Notes: generated by a model not told the origin, from the letters alone. A DNA stretch of 31,449 nt from Candidatus Aminicenantes bacterium (GCA_023136725.1 JAGLQR010000001.1:1-31449); one strand, 5' to 3'. Shown: positions 10,501 to 18,647, counted from the stretch's first letter. Numbers and translations are program-made.

Positions 10501-10950
10501 TATGATACCGGGGGTTTCACTGAATCCTCTTGCATATTCGGCTCCTACCTGCTTGAGGTTATGATATATCTCTCCGGAATATACTAACTTAATATTAAAA
10601 CGGTCTTTTGCATTCTTCTTAAATATTATTTCATAGTGTTTTAGAGGGATCTTGTCGCTAACTTTAAATTCAGCAGTATTTATGCCGAAGAATCTTGCCT
10701 TGATCTCCCCTTTCATCTCTCTTATTATTATATTTTCTGAGGCTGTCTTTAAGTTCAGATTTCCATGAAGGAGAATATGAATACTCTCTTTGTCAAACGA
10801 GGCCGGCAGTGTTATTTTGTCAATAACATTTACCCTTTTCTGATCAGGATAGATCTCCGTTTCAATATTATGATTTATATATTCTGCAGGAAGGATAATC
10901 GAGCCCGATACTACAATAAGTAACAAAATAACAATGCTTAAAATTTTCAT
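7564..10950 (-). CDS. Secreted multidomain peptidase: M1-like gluzincin + linker domain + M28 aminopeptidase + PDZ
   Basis: Signal peptide. M1-type HELLH..NWCEG and YGK. M28 motifs AHYDHLG, GADDNASG, FTGEE, NLDTVG, YHKPSD. C-terminal PDZ-like ASIGIMPD..GGVKV..GDIVTAI..PGQKVEITFLR. SD AGGAG upstream. Confidence 0.85.
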   Translation of the reverse strand: MKILSIVILLLIVVSGSIILPAEYINHNIETEIYPDQKRVNVIDKITLPASFDKESIHILLHGNLNLKTASENIIIREMKGEIKARFFGINTAEFKVSDKIPLKHYEIIFKKNAKDRFNIKLVYSGEIYHNLKQVGAEYARGFSETPGIISNKGVYLSGSSFWVPWFNDKLVTFNVKVISPEGWSSISQGKLLQDSDSDGKHISEWSSPEPMDEVYLISAPFHKYKIRTHNVNIFAYMRTKDDNLAMKYLNTTGQYLEMYNNLIGQYPYSKFALIENFWETGYGMASFTLLGSKVIRFPFILHSSYPHELLHNWWGNSVFVDYEKGNWCEGITVFLADHLIKEQRKQGAEYRRTTLQGYTDYVNESNEFPVSEFRARYNASSSAIGYGKVMMMFNMLRQRYGDDKFVESIRDFYKNNKFNKAEFSDIRNSFEKVSGEDLSSFFSQWVYRKGAPDLKLGKASVKKKGNSYDLNFEVIQSQPGDAYNLHIPVAVYLEGEKDMKMIDIAMSGKIQSYKHSFGKNPLRIDIDPFFDVFRRLSAEEIPPSLSKVFGSKEVLIILPADDGTGIREYYKKLAENWTSKKNEIISIVNDKDIQELPVDSDIWMLGWNNKFRPVIENEIKAYNSSIGTDKASIGKKDVDRRKNSIILAVKNPGNRSKVVVFVSADNNKALSGLSRKLPHYGKYSYLAFSGEEPTINLKGQWESKNSPLIKIFKKDISFDHKSPEREPLGKLDSLFSASDMKKTIEFLADLNLEGRGLGSSGIDTAADFIADKFKEYGLKPGSGNGEYFQKWDVKSGPDGKLITLKNVIGLIPGKKEKLAGQTVVIAAHYDHLGRGWPDVREGNEGEIHPGADDNASGVAVMLELAKNLGKSLSPDRNILFIAFTGEENKLMGSEYFVNNYKKFPINKIIGVINLDTVGRLNGKKPMIIGSNSAKEWKFMFMGIGYTTGIESDLIAQDLDASDQVSFIKKGIPGIQIFSGPHLDYHKPSDTSDKIDPEGLVKIAKISKEVLLYLSERELPMTFTGKAGVSGSKPSLTTKKNMRASIGIMPDFTFSAGGVKVAMAMKSAVGKDHVLMKGDIVTAIGDNKVSNLKEYSTALKKYIPGQKVEITFLRSGKVMKATIAMRSR

Positions 10951-10975
10951 AAGATCTCCTAAACGTTAATTTTTA

Positions 10976-11953
10976 TCAATATTTTAACATGCTTTTCAGT
11001 TCCGGTATAAGATTATCCGGCGTATCACCTGAAAAAGCCTGTTCAATATTATTTATGACCATCTTACTCATCCCGGACCTTGCTTTAAAAGTAGCACTGC
11101 CTGTATGGGGTGTCATCAGAACATTTTCCAATTTAGTTAGTCTTTTATGTACAACAGGTTCATTTTCGAACACGTCAAGCCCGGCTCCATAAAGATGGTT
11201 CTCTTCCAATACATCAGCCAATGCATTTTCATCCATTAAACCCCCTCTGGAAACATTAATAAATATCGTATCTTTTTTCATTTTCCTGAAGACATCCTTG
11301 TTAAACATATGATGAACACTGCTGCTGTAGGGAATATGCGGTGAAATAATATCTGAGGTTTTGATAAGATCATCCATATCTCTGTATTCAAATCCATATT
11401 GTTTTTCGATCTCTTTTTTCCTTGTTCTCGAACTATAAATGATCTTCATCCCAAATGCTTTTGCCCTTACTGCAGTAGCAAAGCCTATCTTCCCCAACCC
11501 TATTATTCCCATAGTAAGGCCGTTCAACTCTTTTCCCAGAAGCAGGTTCGCTCCCCATCCGGTGAAACTGCCGCCTCTCATATATCTGTCAGACTCCAGT
11601 ATTCTCCTTGATACACCTAAAATTAATGCCATTGTAAGATCGGCTGTTGCATTTGTCAGTATATCAGGAGTATTAGTTACAAATATTCCGGTTTCACCTG
11701 CATATTCAAAATCAATATTATTATATCCAACGGCATAGTTGGCAATTATTTTCAGGTTTTTTAAAGAGTCAATGATCTCTTTGTTTACAATGTCAGATAA
11801 AAAAGGGATTAGTGCAGCAGCATTATAATGCTCCTTAACAATATCTTTCAGTGTTTTCCCCTCATCCTCAACAATTATGAGATCATATTTTTTTTTCAGG
11901 ATCTCAATCTCGTTACTTCCAAATTTTTTCGTTAATATTACTTTTTGTTTCAT
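10976..11953 (-). CDS. D-isomer-specific 2-hydroxyacid dehydrogenase (glyoxylate reductase/D-glycerate dehydrogenase-like)
   Basis: YAVGYNNID, TNTPDILTNATADL, Rossmann GIIGLGKIG, FINVSRGGLMDE, GLDVFENEP and catalytic TPHTGSAT. Confidence 0.92.
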   Translation of the reverse strand: MKQKVILTKKFGSNEIEILKKKYDLIIVEDEGKTLKDIVKEHYNAAALIPFLSDIVNKEIIDSLKNLKIIANYAVGYNNIDFEYAGETGIFVTNTPDILTNATADLTMALILGVSRRILESDRYMRGGSFTGWGANLLLGKELNGLTMGIIGLGKIGFATAVRAKAFGMKIIYSSRTRKKEIEKQYGFEYRDMDDLIKTSDIISPHIPYSSSVHHMFNKDVFRKMKKDTIFINVSRGGLMDENALADVLEENHLYGAGLDVFENEPVVHKRLTKLENVLMTPHTGSATFKARSGMSKMVINNIEQAFSGDTPDNLIPELKSMLKY

Positions 11954-12591
11954 TTTATACTCTCAAGGATATATTCAAATCCCCTGACAGATTCCTCCGC
12001 AATTTGTTTTCTATTTAAATTAATGATACCCGATTCAGATACAATGTCTGATACAACTATATGTGCAGTTATCTCTTTTTCCATGTACCAGCACAACGGA
12101 AATATTTCCATCTCTACTATATCTATATCCATTTGTTTCACACCTTCATACCAAAGTGGATTTTCCCGTTGAATAAGATCAACACTGATCCCGTTTGCAT
12201 TTCCCAGGCCCGGAATATCAGATTTTTTTAAATTCAGGAATTCTTTATCAGTAAAATATTTAAAAATTGATCCGGGGAAAACTTTCTCCACGTTCAGAAC
12301 TTCAGGTTTATTCAAATCGGGATTCAGGCTGCCTGCCGTACCAAGAAAATATATGTTCTTTTCCCTTATCCTTGAAATGAATTCCAATAGTGTCAGCAGA
12401 TTTGAATACCCGAGAAACCCATACAATACGTCATAATCAGAATAACTATACATAACACTACTCAGAATGCTCTTTTTCTTAATTGAGCCTGCCTCGATCT
12501 TTTTCAAATATTCCCTTTGCGGGAAAAAAGGTAATAAAATAAGGTTCCGGGAAGTATCAATTTTTTTAGGTTTGAAGAAATGTGAATTCAT
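11950..12591 (-). CDS. Divergent nucleoside phosphorylase superfamily (PNP/UDP/MTA-SAH nucleosidase fold) protein
   Basis: IYFLGTAGSLNPDL, SVD..QRE, IVEMEIFPL and VVSD resemble the GTAG, D..RE, VEME and SD motifs of NP-I enzymes. The N-terminal half is not recognisable. Confidence 0.55.
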   Translation of the reverse strand: MNSHFFKPKKIDTSRNLILLPFFPQREYLKKIEAGSIKKKSILSSVMYSYSDYDVLYGFLGYSNLLTLLEFISRIREKNIYFLGTAGSLNPDLNKPEVLNVEKVFPGSIFKYFTDKEFLNLKKSDIPGLGNANGISVDLIQRENPLWYEGVKQMDIDIVEMEIFPLCWYMEKEITAHIVVSDIVSESGIINLNRKQIAEESVRGFEYILESIK

Positions 12592-12596
12592 ATTTA

Positions 12597-12625
12597 AGTA
12601 TATATTATACGAACATGATAGTAAA
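12597..12625 (-). promoter_or_regulatory. Sigma70-type promoter for the NP-like/dehydrogenase/peptidase operon, probably leaderless
   Basis: On the minus strand: TTTACT (12625-12620), 17 nt, TATACT (12602-12597), 5 nt, ATG 12591. A second TATAAT lies at 12609-12604. No SD. Confidence 0.5.
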
Positions 12626-12636
12626 AAATAGTATTA

Positions 12637-12665
12637 TTGACACATTTTAATGATTGGAATAAAAT
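12637..12665 (+). promoter_or_regulatory. Sigma70-type promoter for lepB-ktrB-ktrA, predicted leaderless
   Basis: TTGACA (12637-12642), 17 nt, TAAAAT (12660-12665), 7 nt, ATG 12673. The TTG start used by the ORF track is the -35 element itself. Confidence 0.75.
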
Positions 12666-12672
12666 CATTTTA

Positions 12673-13206
12673 ATGAAGTTAAGCAGAAAGAGCAGATCAG
12701 TCAAATATATTTTGTTGAATATATTCGGAGCGGCAATATTTTCAATTTTATTGTTTATTTATCTGTTCTCACCGTACAAAGTGATCGGAAATTCAATGTC
12801 ACCAATAATTAAAAGCGGTGATAAAATATTGATTTCCAATTCATTAATTGCCGGGAAAATAAAGCGTTTTGATATAGTAGTATTTCAACCTCCGGGGCCA
12901 GGAGGGAAAAAACTTATAAAGAGAGTTGTCGGACTCCCGGGTGAATTCATAGAGATCAAGAGCGGAGATGTGCTGGTTAACAATTCACTTCTCAATGAAC
13001 CCTTTTTAAAAAACAGAGGTGATGTGATCTTCAGATCAGTTAATATGAAATTAAGACAAATTCCTCAGGATTGTTATTTTTTCCTTGGTGATTATCGGGA
13101 AAAGAGTACTGACTCAAGAAACTTCGGGCCCCTTCACAGGAATACTATAATAGGGAAAACCCTGATCAGGTATTGGCCGTTTAAAAAGATCGGTTTGATA
13201 AGATGA
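12673..13206 (+). CDS. lepB: Signal peptidase I
   Basis: One N-terminal TM segment, catalytic Ser box GNSMSP, Lys box IKRVVGLPGE and box E GDYREKSTDSRNFG. Start moved to ATG 12673. Confidence 0.93.
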   Translation: MKLSRKSRSVKYILLNIFGAAIFSILLFIYLFSPYKVIGNSMSPIIKSGDKILISNSLIAGKIKRFDIVVFQPPGPGGKKLIKRVVGLPGEFIEIKSGDVLVNNSLLNEPFLKNRGDVIFRSVNMKLRQIPQDCYFFLGDYREKSTDSRNFGPLHRNTIIGKTLIRYWPFKKIGLIR

Positions 13207-14519
13207 AGAAGAACATTTCCTTTTCCATTATTACAACCTTTCTTCTACTTATTATAACCGGGACATTACTTCTTATAATGCCGTTCTCCACTCATACAGG
13301 ATATCTTTCTCCCGGAGATGCATTGTTCACTTCGGTTTCTGCTGTCACAGTTACCGGATTGACAATTGTAAATACCGGAGAACATTTCACTCTGACCGGT
13401 CAATTGATCATTCTTCTCCTTATTCAGTTGGGTGGACTCGGATTTATGACATTTTCAACTTTAACAATCCTTATTTTAGGTAAATCCATTTCCATATCCA
13501 GTAAGCTCATTCTTGAGAATGATTTTACTTTTGGAGCTTATAAGAGCACGAAAGATCTTTTAAAAAAAATCATATTATTTACTCTGGGGTTCGAAATTCT
13601 GGGTTCCGTACTCCTATTCTTTCAATTTTCAGGACTTCAGATCAAGGAGAGGATTTTTTCATCGGTTTTCCATTCCATTTCAGCTTTCTGTAATGCAGGA
13701 TTTTCAATTTTCAGTAATGGGTTTGAGCCTTTCAGATCTAATTCCGGAGTCAATTTTACAATCTCATTTCTTATCATTACGGGAGGGCTTGGATTCCTTG
13801 TTCTGAATGAGGTATATCTCTTTCTGAAAAGAAAAAAACCCTTTGCAAAGTTTACGATCCATTCCAAGCTGGTTCTTATTGTAAGTACGGTTCTGATCAT
13901 ATCCGGAACTTTTATTATATTTGCAGAAGAATTGATAAATAAGACTAATGATCTTCAGGTTACAGATAAACTATTAAGTTCTTTTTTTCAGTCAGTCTCT
14001 GCAAGAACTGCAGGTTTTAATACAATTGATCTTAATATTCTCTCATTTTCATCAATTTTTATCATATTATTGCTGATGTTCATAGGGGCATCTCCGGGAT
14101 CTACAGGAGGCGGTATTAAAACTACATCTCTAGGACTGGTATTTGCATATTTCAGATCAAGATTTCAGGGGAAAGAAAAAGTTAATCTGTTCTACAGGAC
14201 GATCCCACAGAAAAATTATGAAAAAGCTTTTCTAATGATCATTATCTCTTTTTTATTAATTTCTCTATCACTGATCCTGATCCTTACATTTGAAAACAAA
14301 TTCAGTTTCTCTGAATTATTATTTGAAGTTGTTTCAGCTTTCGGAACTGTCGGATTGAGCCTCGGGATCACACCGGAATTATCTTTAACATCAAAAATTG
14401 TTATAATGGTAACAATGTTCACCGGCAGGATAGGCCCTTTGACTTTATTACTGGCAATAAGTAAAAAAGAGTCGAAAGCTGTATATGATTATCCTGAAGA
14501 AAATATAATGACCGGTTAG
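13203..14519 (+). CDS. ktrB: Trk/Ktr potassium uptake membrane subunit (KtrB/TrkH family)
   Basis: Four pore-loop glycine motifs (VTVTGL, FCNAGF, RTAGF, FGTVGL), MFIGASPGSTGGGIKTT and MFTGRIGPLT. Confidence 0.92.
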   Translation: MKKNISFSIITTFLLLIITGTLLLIMPFSTHTGYLSPGDALFTSVSAVTVTGLTIVNTGEHFTLTGQLIILLLIQLGGLGFMTFSTLTILILGKSISISSKLILENDFTFGAYKSTKDLLKKIILFTLGFEILGSVLLFFQFSGLQIKERIFSSVFHSISAFCNAGFSIFSNGFEPFRSNSGVNFTISFLIITGGLGFLVLNEVYLFLKRKKPFAKFTIHSKLVLIVSTVLIISGTFIIFAEELINKTNDLQVTDKLLSSFFQSVSARTAGFNTIDLNILSFSSIFIILLLMFIGASPGSTGGGIKTTSLGLVFAYFRSRFQGKEKVNLFYRTIPQKNYEKAFLMIIISFLLISLSLILILTFENKFSFSELLFEVVSAFGTVGLSLGITPELSLTSKIVIMVTMFTGRIGPLTLLLAISKKESKAVYDYPEENIMTG

Positions 14520-14528
14520 GAGTTCAGA

Positions 14529-15230
14529 ATGAAAAAAGTTGTAGTTATTGGACTGGGAAGTTTTGGTGTTAATCTTATAAGGTCTTTATCAAAAAAAAAG
14601 ATCGAACTTATTGCAGTAGATATAAACAAAGACAGAGTAAATGAAATAAAAGACCTGGTAACTCAACCTGTTACAATGGATGCGACCAACAGGGATAATC
14701 TTAATTCCCTCGGATTAAAAGATGTTGATTGTGTTGTAGTTTCCTGCGGACCGGACCTGGAGTCCAGCATACTTATTGTACATTTATTAAGTGAGATCGG
14801 TGTAACCCGGGTAATAGCAAAGGCCCTTACGGAAGATCACGAAAGGATACTTACACTGGTCGGAGCAAATGAGGTTTTATTTCCGGAGAGAGATATTGCC
14901 AGGAAACTTGCAAATCAGCTGATATCTCCTAATCTGATGGATTATATCCCGCTTGAATCAGGCTTTGTAATTGAAGAGCTGGCACCACCTGATATTTTTG
15001 TAGGAAAAACCCTCGAACAGATCGCAATCAGGACAAAATTCAATATTAATGTTATCGGAATAAAGCAGATCATTCCTGACAGAGCTTCTGTAGAGAACGG
15101 AACTGTCTCCGATTCCGGACTTACATTAAATCCGGGAGGAGATTTCCTTATCAAAGAGAGTGATATTCTTATTGTCCTAGGTACAAATAAAGATATCGAA
15201 AAACTTCACGACAAACTGAACAATACCTAA
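14529..15230 (+). CDS. ktrA: Trk/Ktr potassium uptake regulatory RCK subunit (KtrA/TrkA family)
   Basis: RCK_N with VIGLGSFG, VIAKA..H and FPERDIA. RCK_C with VGKTLEQ..IR..NINVIGIK. SD AGGAG upstream. Confidence 0.92.
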   Translation: MKKVVVIGLGSFGVNLIRSLSKKKIELIAVDINKDRVNEIKDLVTQPVTMDATNRDNLNSLGLKDVDCVVVSCGPDLESSILIVHLLSEIGVTRVIAKALTEDHERILTLVGANEVLFPERDIARKLANQLISPNLMDYIPLESGFVIEELAPPDIFVGKTLEQIAIRTKFNINVIGIKQIIPDRASVENGTVSDSGLTLNPGGDFLIKESDILIVLGTNKDIEKLHDKLNNT

Positions 15231-15239
15231 GAAGCTGAT

Positions 15240-16805
15240 CTAGTATTTTACCTGGCGGACTATGTCAATTACAGTTCCGTCAACCCATTTTATCGCAGCG
15301 ATCACATTATCCATTAACTGCGGTTTTTCAGGAGCTCCTCCGCATATTTTTTCTGCTTCAGCTTTCAATTCTTCCAGGGTTCTCAGTGGTAATTTACTCC
15401 CGCTCAATTTTTTAATGAGATCAGTTCTCCTGGGATTAATAGCAATCCCTCTTTCCGTCACAATAACATCTATTAATTCCCCGGGTCCTGTTATTGTAGT
15501 TACTTTATCAACAATCACAGGAATTCTGTTTCTGAACAACGGCAGAGGCAGGATAACAGTTTTTCCGAAAAGACAATTCTGCCAACCTCCAATCCCGTGA
15601 AGTAATTTCCCGTCTGAATGGGTCACAACATTTGCATTGAAATTCAGGTCAACTTCAGTAGCACCTAAAACTACAACATCAAGCATCGAAGCAAAATTTC
15701 CTTTCCCATGATAATTATAGCTTGTGAACGGGCTTGTGTTCTGGTGATTCGGATTATCCCTCATCGATCTGACACCATCAAGATCGAATGTTTGTCCATC
15801 AAGGATATAATCGGTAAGTCCCTCCTCCAGCATGGAGGTAAGATATGTGGTCGATCCACCCCTTATAAACCTGGCTTTTATTTTATTCTCACGCATTATA
15901 TTTCCAAGGAATATGGTAAATGCCAGAGAGGTACCACCTGCACCGGCCTGGAATGAAAAACCATCTTTTATAATTCCTGCCTCAAGGGCAAATTGAACCG
16001 CTAATTCGGCAATAAGGAGCCTGTCAGGGCTTTTCGTAAGTTTAGTAGTTCCTGAAACTATTTTTTCCGGATCACCTATTGAATCAACTTCCACAACATG
16101 ATCAACATAATTTCCCTGGATCTGCCACGGGATACAGGGAAAAGGTTCTATATTATCTGTCACAATAATTGTTTTATCCGCATATTGTGAATCTGCAAGT
16201 GCAAACCCGAGAAGTCCGCATGCAGCTTTGCCTCGTACTCCATTGGCATTTCCAAATGAATCAGCTGCCGGTGCAGAGATAACAGCTATATCGATATGAA
16301 CTTCCCCGTCCTGAATTGCCTGGTATCTTCCCCCGTGTGATCTGAGAATTCCTATCCCTTTCATTTTTCCACTGGAAGCAAAATCCCCTAGAGGGCCGTT
16401 CATACTACCCTCAATATGGTGTATCACACCACTTTCAAGATGTTTTATGATAGGAGTATGGATCGGGAATGAGGCACTCGGAAACCACCGGACATTTTTT
16501 ATCCCGAGTTCGGCCACAGCATCAAATACCATATTTGCAACATAATCCCCATTTCTCAAATGGTGGTGAGTAGAGATTGTCATCCCGTCACGTAAACCGG
16601 ATCTTTTAAGAGCCTCTTTTATTGATTCAACCCTCTTATCTCCGGAGTCAGGGAATTGGCTGCAGGAATTTATTTTCGGGGCAGCTTTGTTTCCTTCAGG
16701 GATATGCTTTCCTACACCTTTATAAGGAGAATGTTCCTCTCCGTTTATTTCTATTAATACTTCTCTCCCGGCTGCATTACTTACTAATTTATTTTTTTCA
16801 TCCAT
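15240..16805 (-). CDS. citF: Citrate lyase alpha subunit-like CoA-transferase (CitF family)
   Basis: GLRDGMTISTHHHLRNGD, RSHGGR, HIDIA, GLLGFA..DSQYAD, SFQAGAGG, GATEVDLNFNANV, TPGE-like TGPGELIDVIVTERGIAINPRR and WVDGTVID. Confidence 0.9.
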   Translation of the reverse strand: MDEKNKLVSNAAGREVLIEINGEEHSPYKGVGKHIPEGNKAAPKINSCSQFPDSGDKRVESIKEALKRSGLRDGMTISTHHHLRNGDYVANMVFDAVAELGIKNVRWFPSASFPIHTPIIKHLESGVIHHIEGSMNGPLGDFASSGKMKGIGILRSHGGRYQAIQDGEVHIDIAVISAPAADSFGNANGVRGKAACGLLGFALADSQYADKTIIVTDNIEPFPCIPWQIQGNYVDHVVEVDSIGDPEKIVSGTTKLTKSPDRLLIAELAVQFALEAGIIKDGFSFQAGAGGTSLAFTIFLGNIMRENKIKARFIRGGSTTYLTSMLEEGLTDYILDGQTFDLDGVRSMRDNPNHQNTSPFTSYNYHGKGNFASMLDVVVLGATEVDLNFNANVVTHSDGKLLHGIGGWQNCLFGKTVILPLPLFRNRIPVIVDKVTTITGPGELIDVIVTERGIAINPRRTDLIKKLSGSKLPLRTLEELKAEAEKICGGAPEKPQLMDNVIAAIKWVDGTVIDIVRQVKY

Positions 16806-16806
16806 T

Positions 16807-18015
16807 CTATTCTCTCCAATTCTTATCGATCAGGGAATCATTAAGGGCTTGTTCTATCGTTTGCAAAGCTCTCTTTACAACAGGCGGGTCAATCATTTTG
16901 CTTCCCAGAGAAACAACTCCCAGACCCTCTTTTTCCGCCTTCTCAAATGCAAGAACAATTTTCCGGGCTTTTTCAATTTCATCTTTTCCTGGAGAGAATC
17001 CCTGATGAACAATTCTTATCTGCCTTGGATGAATACACCCTTTTCCGTTAAAGCCAAGTGATTTAGCTTCAATAACACTTGCTAATAATCCTTCAGAATT
17101 TGAAACATCAGAGTAAACTGTATCGATAGCCTGGATCCCTACTGCTTTTGCAGCATTTACAATCATCGATCGGGCAAAAAAGCTCTCATTTCCTTCATCT
17201 GTCCTTTTCGTTCCTATATCTGCAGTATAATCTTCGAGGCCGATTGCAAGTGCTACAATATCTTTGGAAGAAGATGCAATTTCATATGCCTTTAATATTC
17301 CCAATGCACTCTCAATTATTGGCATAAGGAAAACATCCCTTTTAATATTGCCGGCAGCTTTAATTGCAGCGATCTTTTCAGTTATTATCTTTATCTGATC
17401 CGGAGATTCAATTTTTGGCAATAAGATAAGGTCAACTTTTTCCGGTACGATCTCTTCAAGATCTTTTAATCCGAGAGGCAGCTGGTTTATTCTCACCATT
17501 CTCTCCGATCCCAGGAAATCAACCACACGTAAGGCATTTCTTACTATAAGCCTGGCAGAATCTTTTGCATCCGGTGAAACAGAATCTTCAAGATCAAGAA
17601 TTATTGCATCCGGTTCGTGTATCCCCGCATTTATGAATAATTTAGGTTGATCTCCCGGTAGATACAAGCGGGACCTTCTCTGACGCTCACGCACCGGAGC
17701 CCCTATCTCTCCGTAGAATTCAGGCAGATATTTTTTCCCTTTATCCAGGCCCAGACTTCTTATTGCAGATTCTATCCTGGCCATTATAACAAAGGGAAAA
17801 GCACTCTGATCATTCAATTCAAGTTCACAATCTGTAATAGCAAAAAAATCAAGCATATCATCTACCAGTTTTTTAATGGATTGTCCAAAGAGAGTTGATA
17901 CTTTGCTTACAACAGATATCTTTCTACCTTCTCCTGTGCCGGTCTTTATCCTTACCCAGCAATCCGAGCGAACATTTTCTCCCTTTTTTCCTGTGGAAAA
18001 TTCTTTAGGGAACAT
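16807..18015 (-). CDS. Fusion of CitD-like (ACP/gamma) and CitE-like (citryl-CoA lyase/beta) domains
   Basis: Residues about 1-90 resemble CitD (SDCWVRI, SKV..LFG..I, D.SAFPFVIMARIESA). Residues about 110-390 are CitE/HpcH family (RRSRLYLPG, DAIILDLEDSV, MVRIN, PIIESALG, IGLEDY, GFNGKGCIHPRQI, KMIDPPVV). SD AAGGAGG. Confidence 0.85.
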   Translation of the reverse strand: MFPKEFSTGKKGENVRSDCWVRIKTGTGEGRKISVVSKVSTLFGQSIKKLVDDMLDFFAITDCELELNDQSAFPFVIMARIESAIRSLGLDKGKKYLPEFYGEIGAPVRERQRRSRLYLPGDQPKLFINAGIHEPDAIILDLEDSVSPDAKDSARLIVRNALRVVDFLGSERMVRINQLPLGLKDLEEIVPEKVDLILLPKIESPDQIKIITEKIAAIKAAGNIKRDVFLMPIIESALGILKAYEIASSSKDIVALAIGLEDYTADIGTKRTDEGNESFFARSMIVNAAKAVGIQAIDTVYSDVSNSEGLLASVIEAKSLGFNGKGCIHPRQIRIVHQGFSPGKDEIEKARKIVLAFEKAEKEGLGVVSLGSKMIDPPVVKRALQTIEQALNDSLIDKNWRE

Positions 18016-18030
18016 TAGGCCTCCTTGAGA

Positions 18031-18615
18031 TTATTTTATCAGGACTTCCTTCATCATCCCTTCAATTATCTGTCTTATATAAAAGGATTTAATGAAAAAC
18101 AATTTTGACCTTCGCGATTTTATGTAAAGTTCTACAAGAGATTTACCCCATTCAGCTGAACCACTATTAAAATTTTCTTTGGATGTCGCTCTGTAACCGA
18201 AAGTGGAGTTAATAATGATCTTTTCACTGACATTTCCGGGTAAAACAGCTTTTTTCATGACAATTTTAAATCCTTCACCCATTGCTTTCCCGACATAAAG
18301 TTTTCTGAAGACTCCCAGAATATATATATTCTTCATTTTCTTTTCGCTGTTGTTCCTTATCTGAAAAGATACCTGCGGGACCATGACAATCCCCTTGAAA
18401 TCTTCATCCTCAATTTTTTCTTTCTCGATCCACTGACTTGATATATTGAAAAATTCTACAGATGATTTAAGTTCTTCAGCTGTCAGATCACGATCAATTA
18501 AGATGAACTTAAAATAGATCAGATAGGAGATTAAAATCACAAAAAATATTGCTGTTATCCAGAACCGGACCCGTTTCCATGGAGGGTTCATTATTTCTTC
18601 AAGATGTTCCTTCAT
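18031..18615 (-). CDS. Hypothetical single-pass membrane protein with a beta-rich extracytoplasmic domain
   Basis: 194-aa ORF with SD GAGG and one N-terminal TM segment (FWITAIFFVILISYLIYF). Sits directly upstream of citD/E on the same strand. No family recognised. Confidence 0.7.
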   Translation of the reverse strand: MKEHLEEIMNPPWKRVRFWITAIFFVILISYLIYFKFILIDRDLTAEELKSSVEFFNISSQWIEKEKIEDEDFKGIVMVPQVSFQIRNNSEKKMKNIYILGVFRKLYVGKAMGEGFKIVMKKAVLPGNVSEKIIINSTFGYRATSKENFNSGSAEWGKSLVELYIKSRRSKLFFIKSFYIRQIIEGMMKEVLIK

Positions 18616-18647
18616 TTCTGCCTCATTATTTTAGAAAAACTTTTTGG

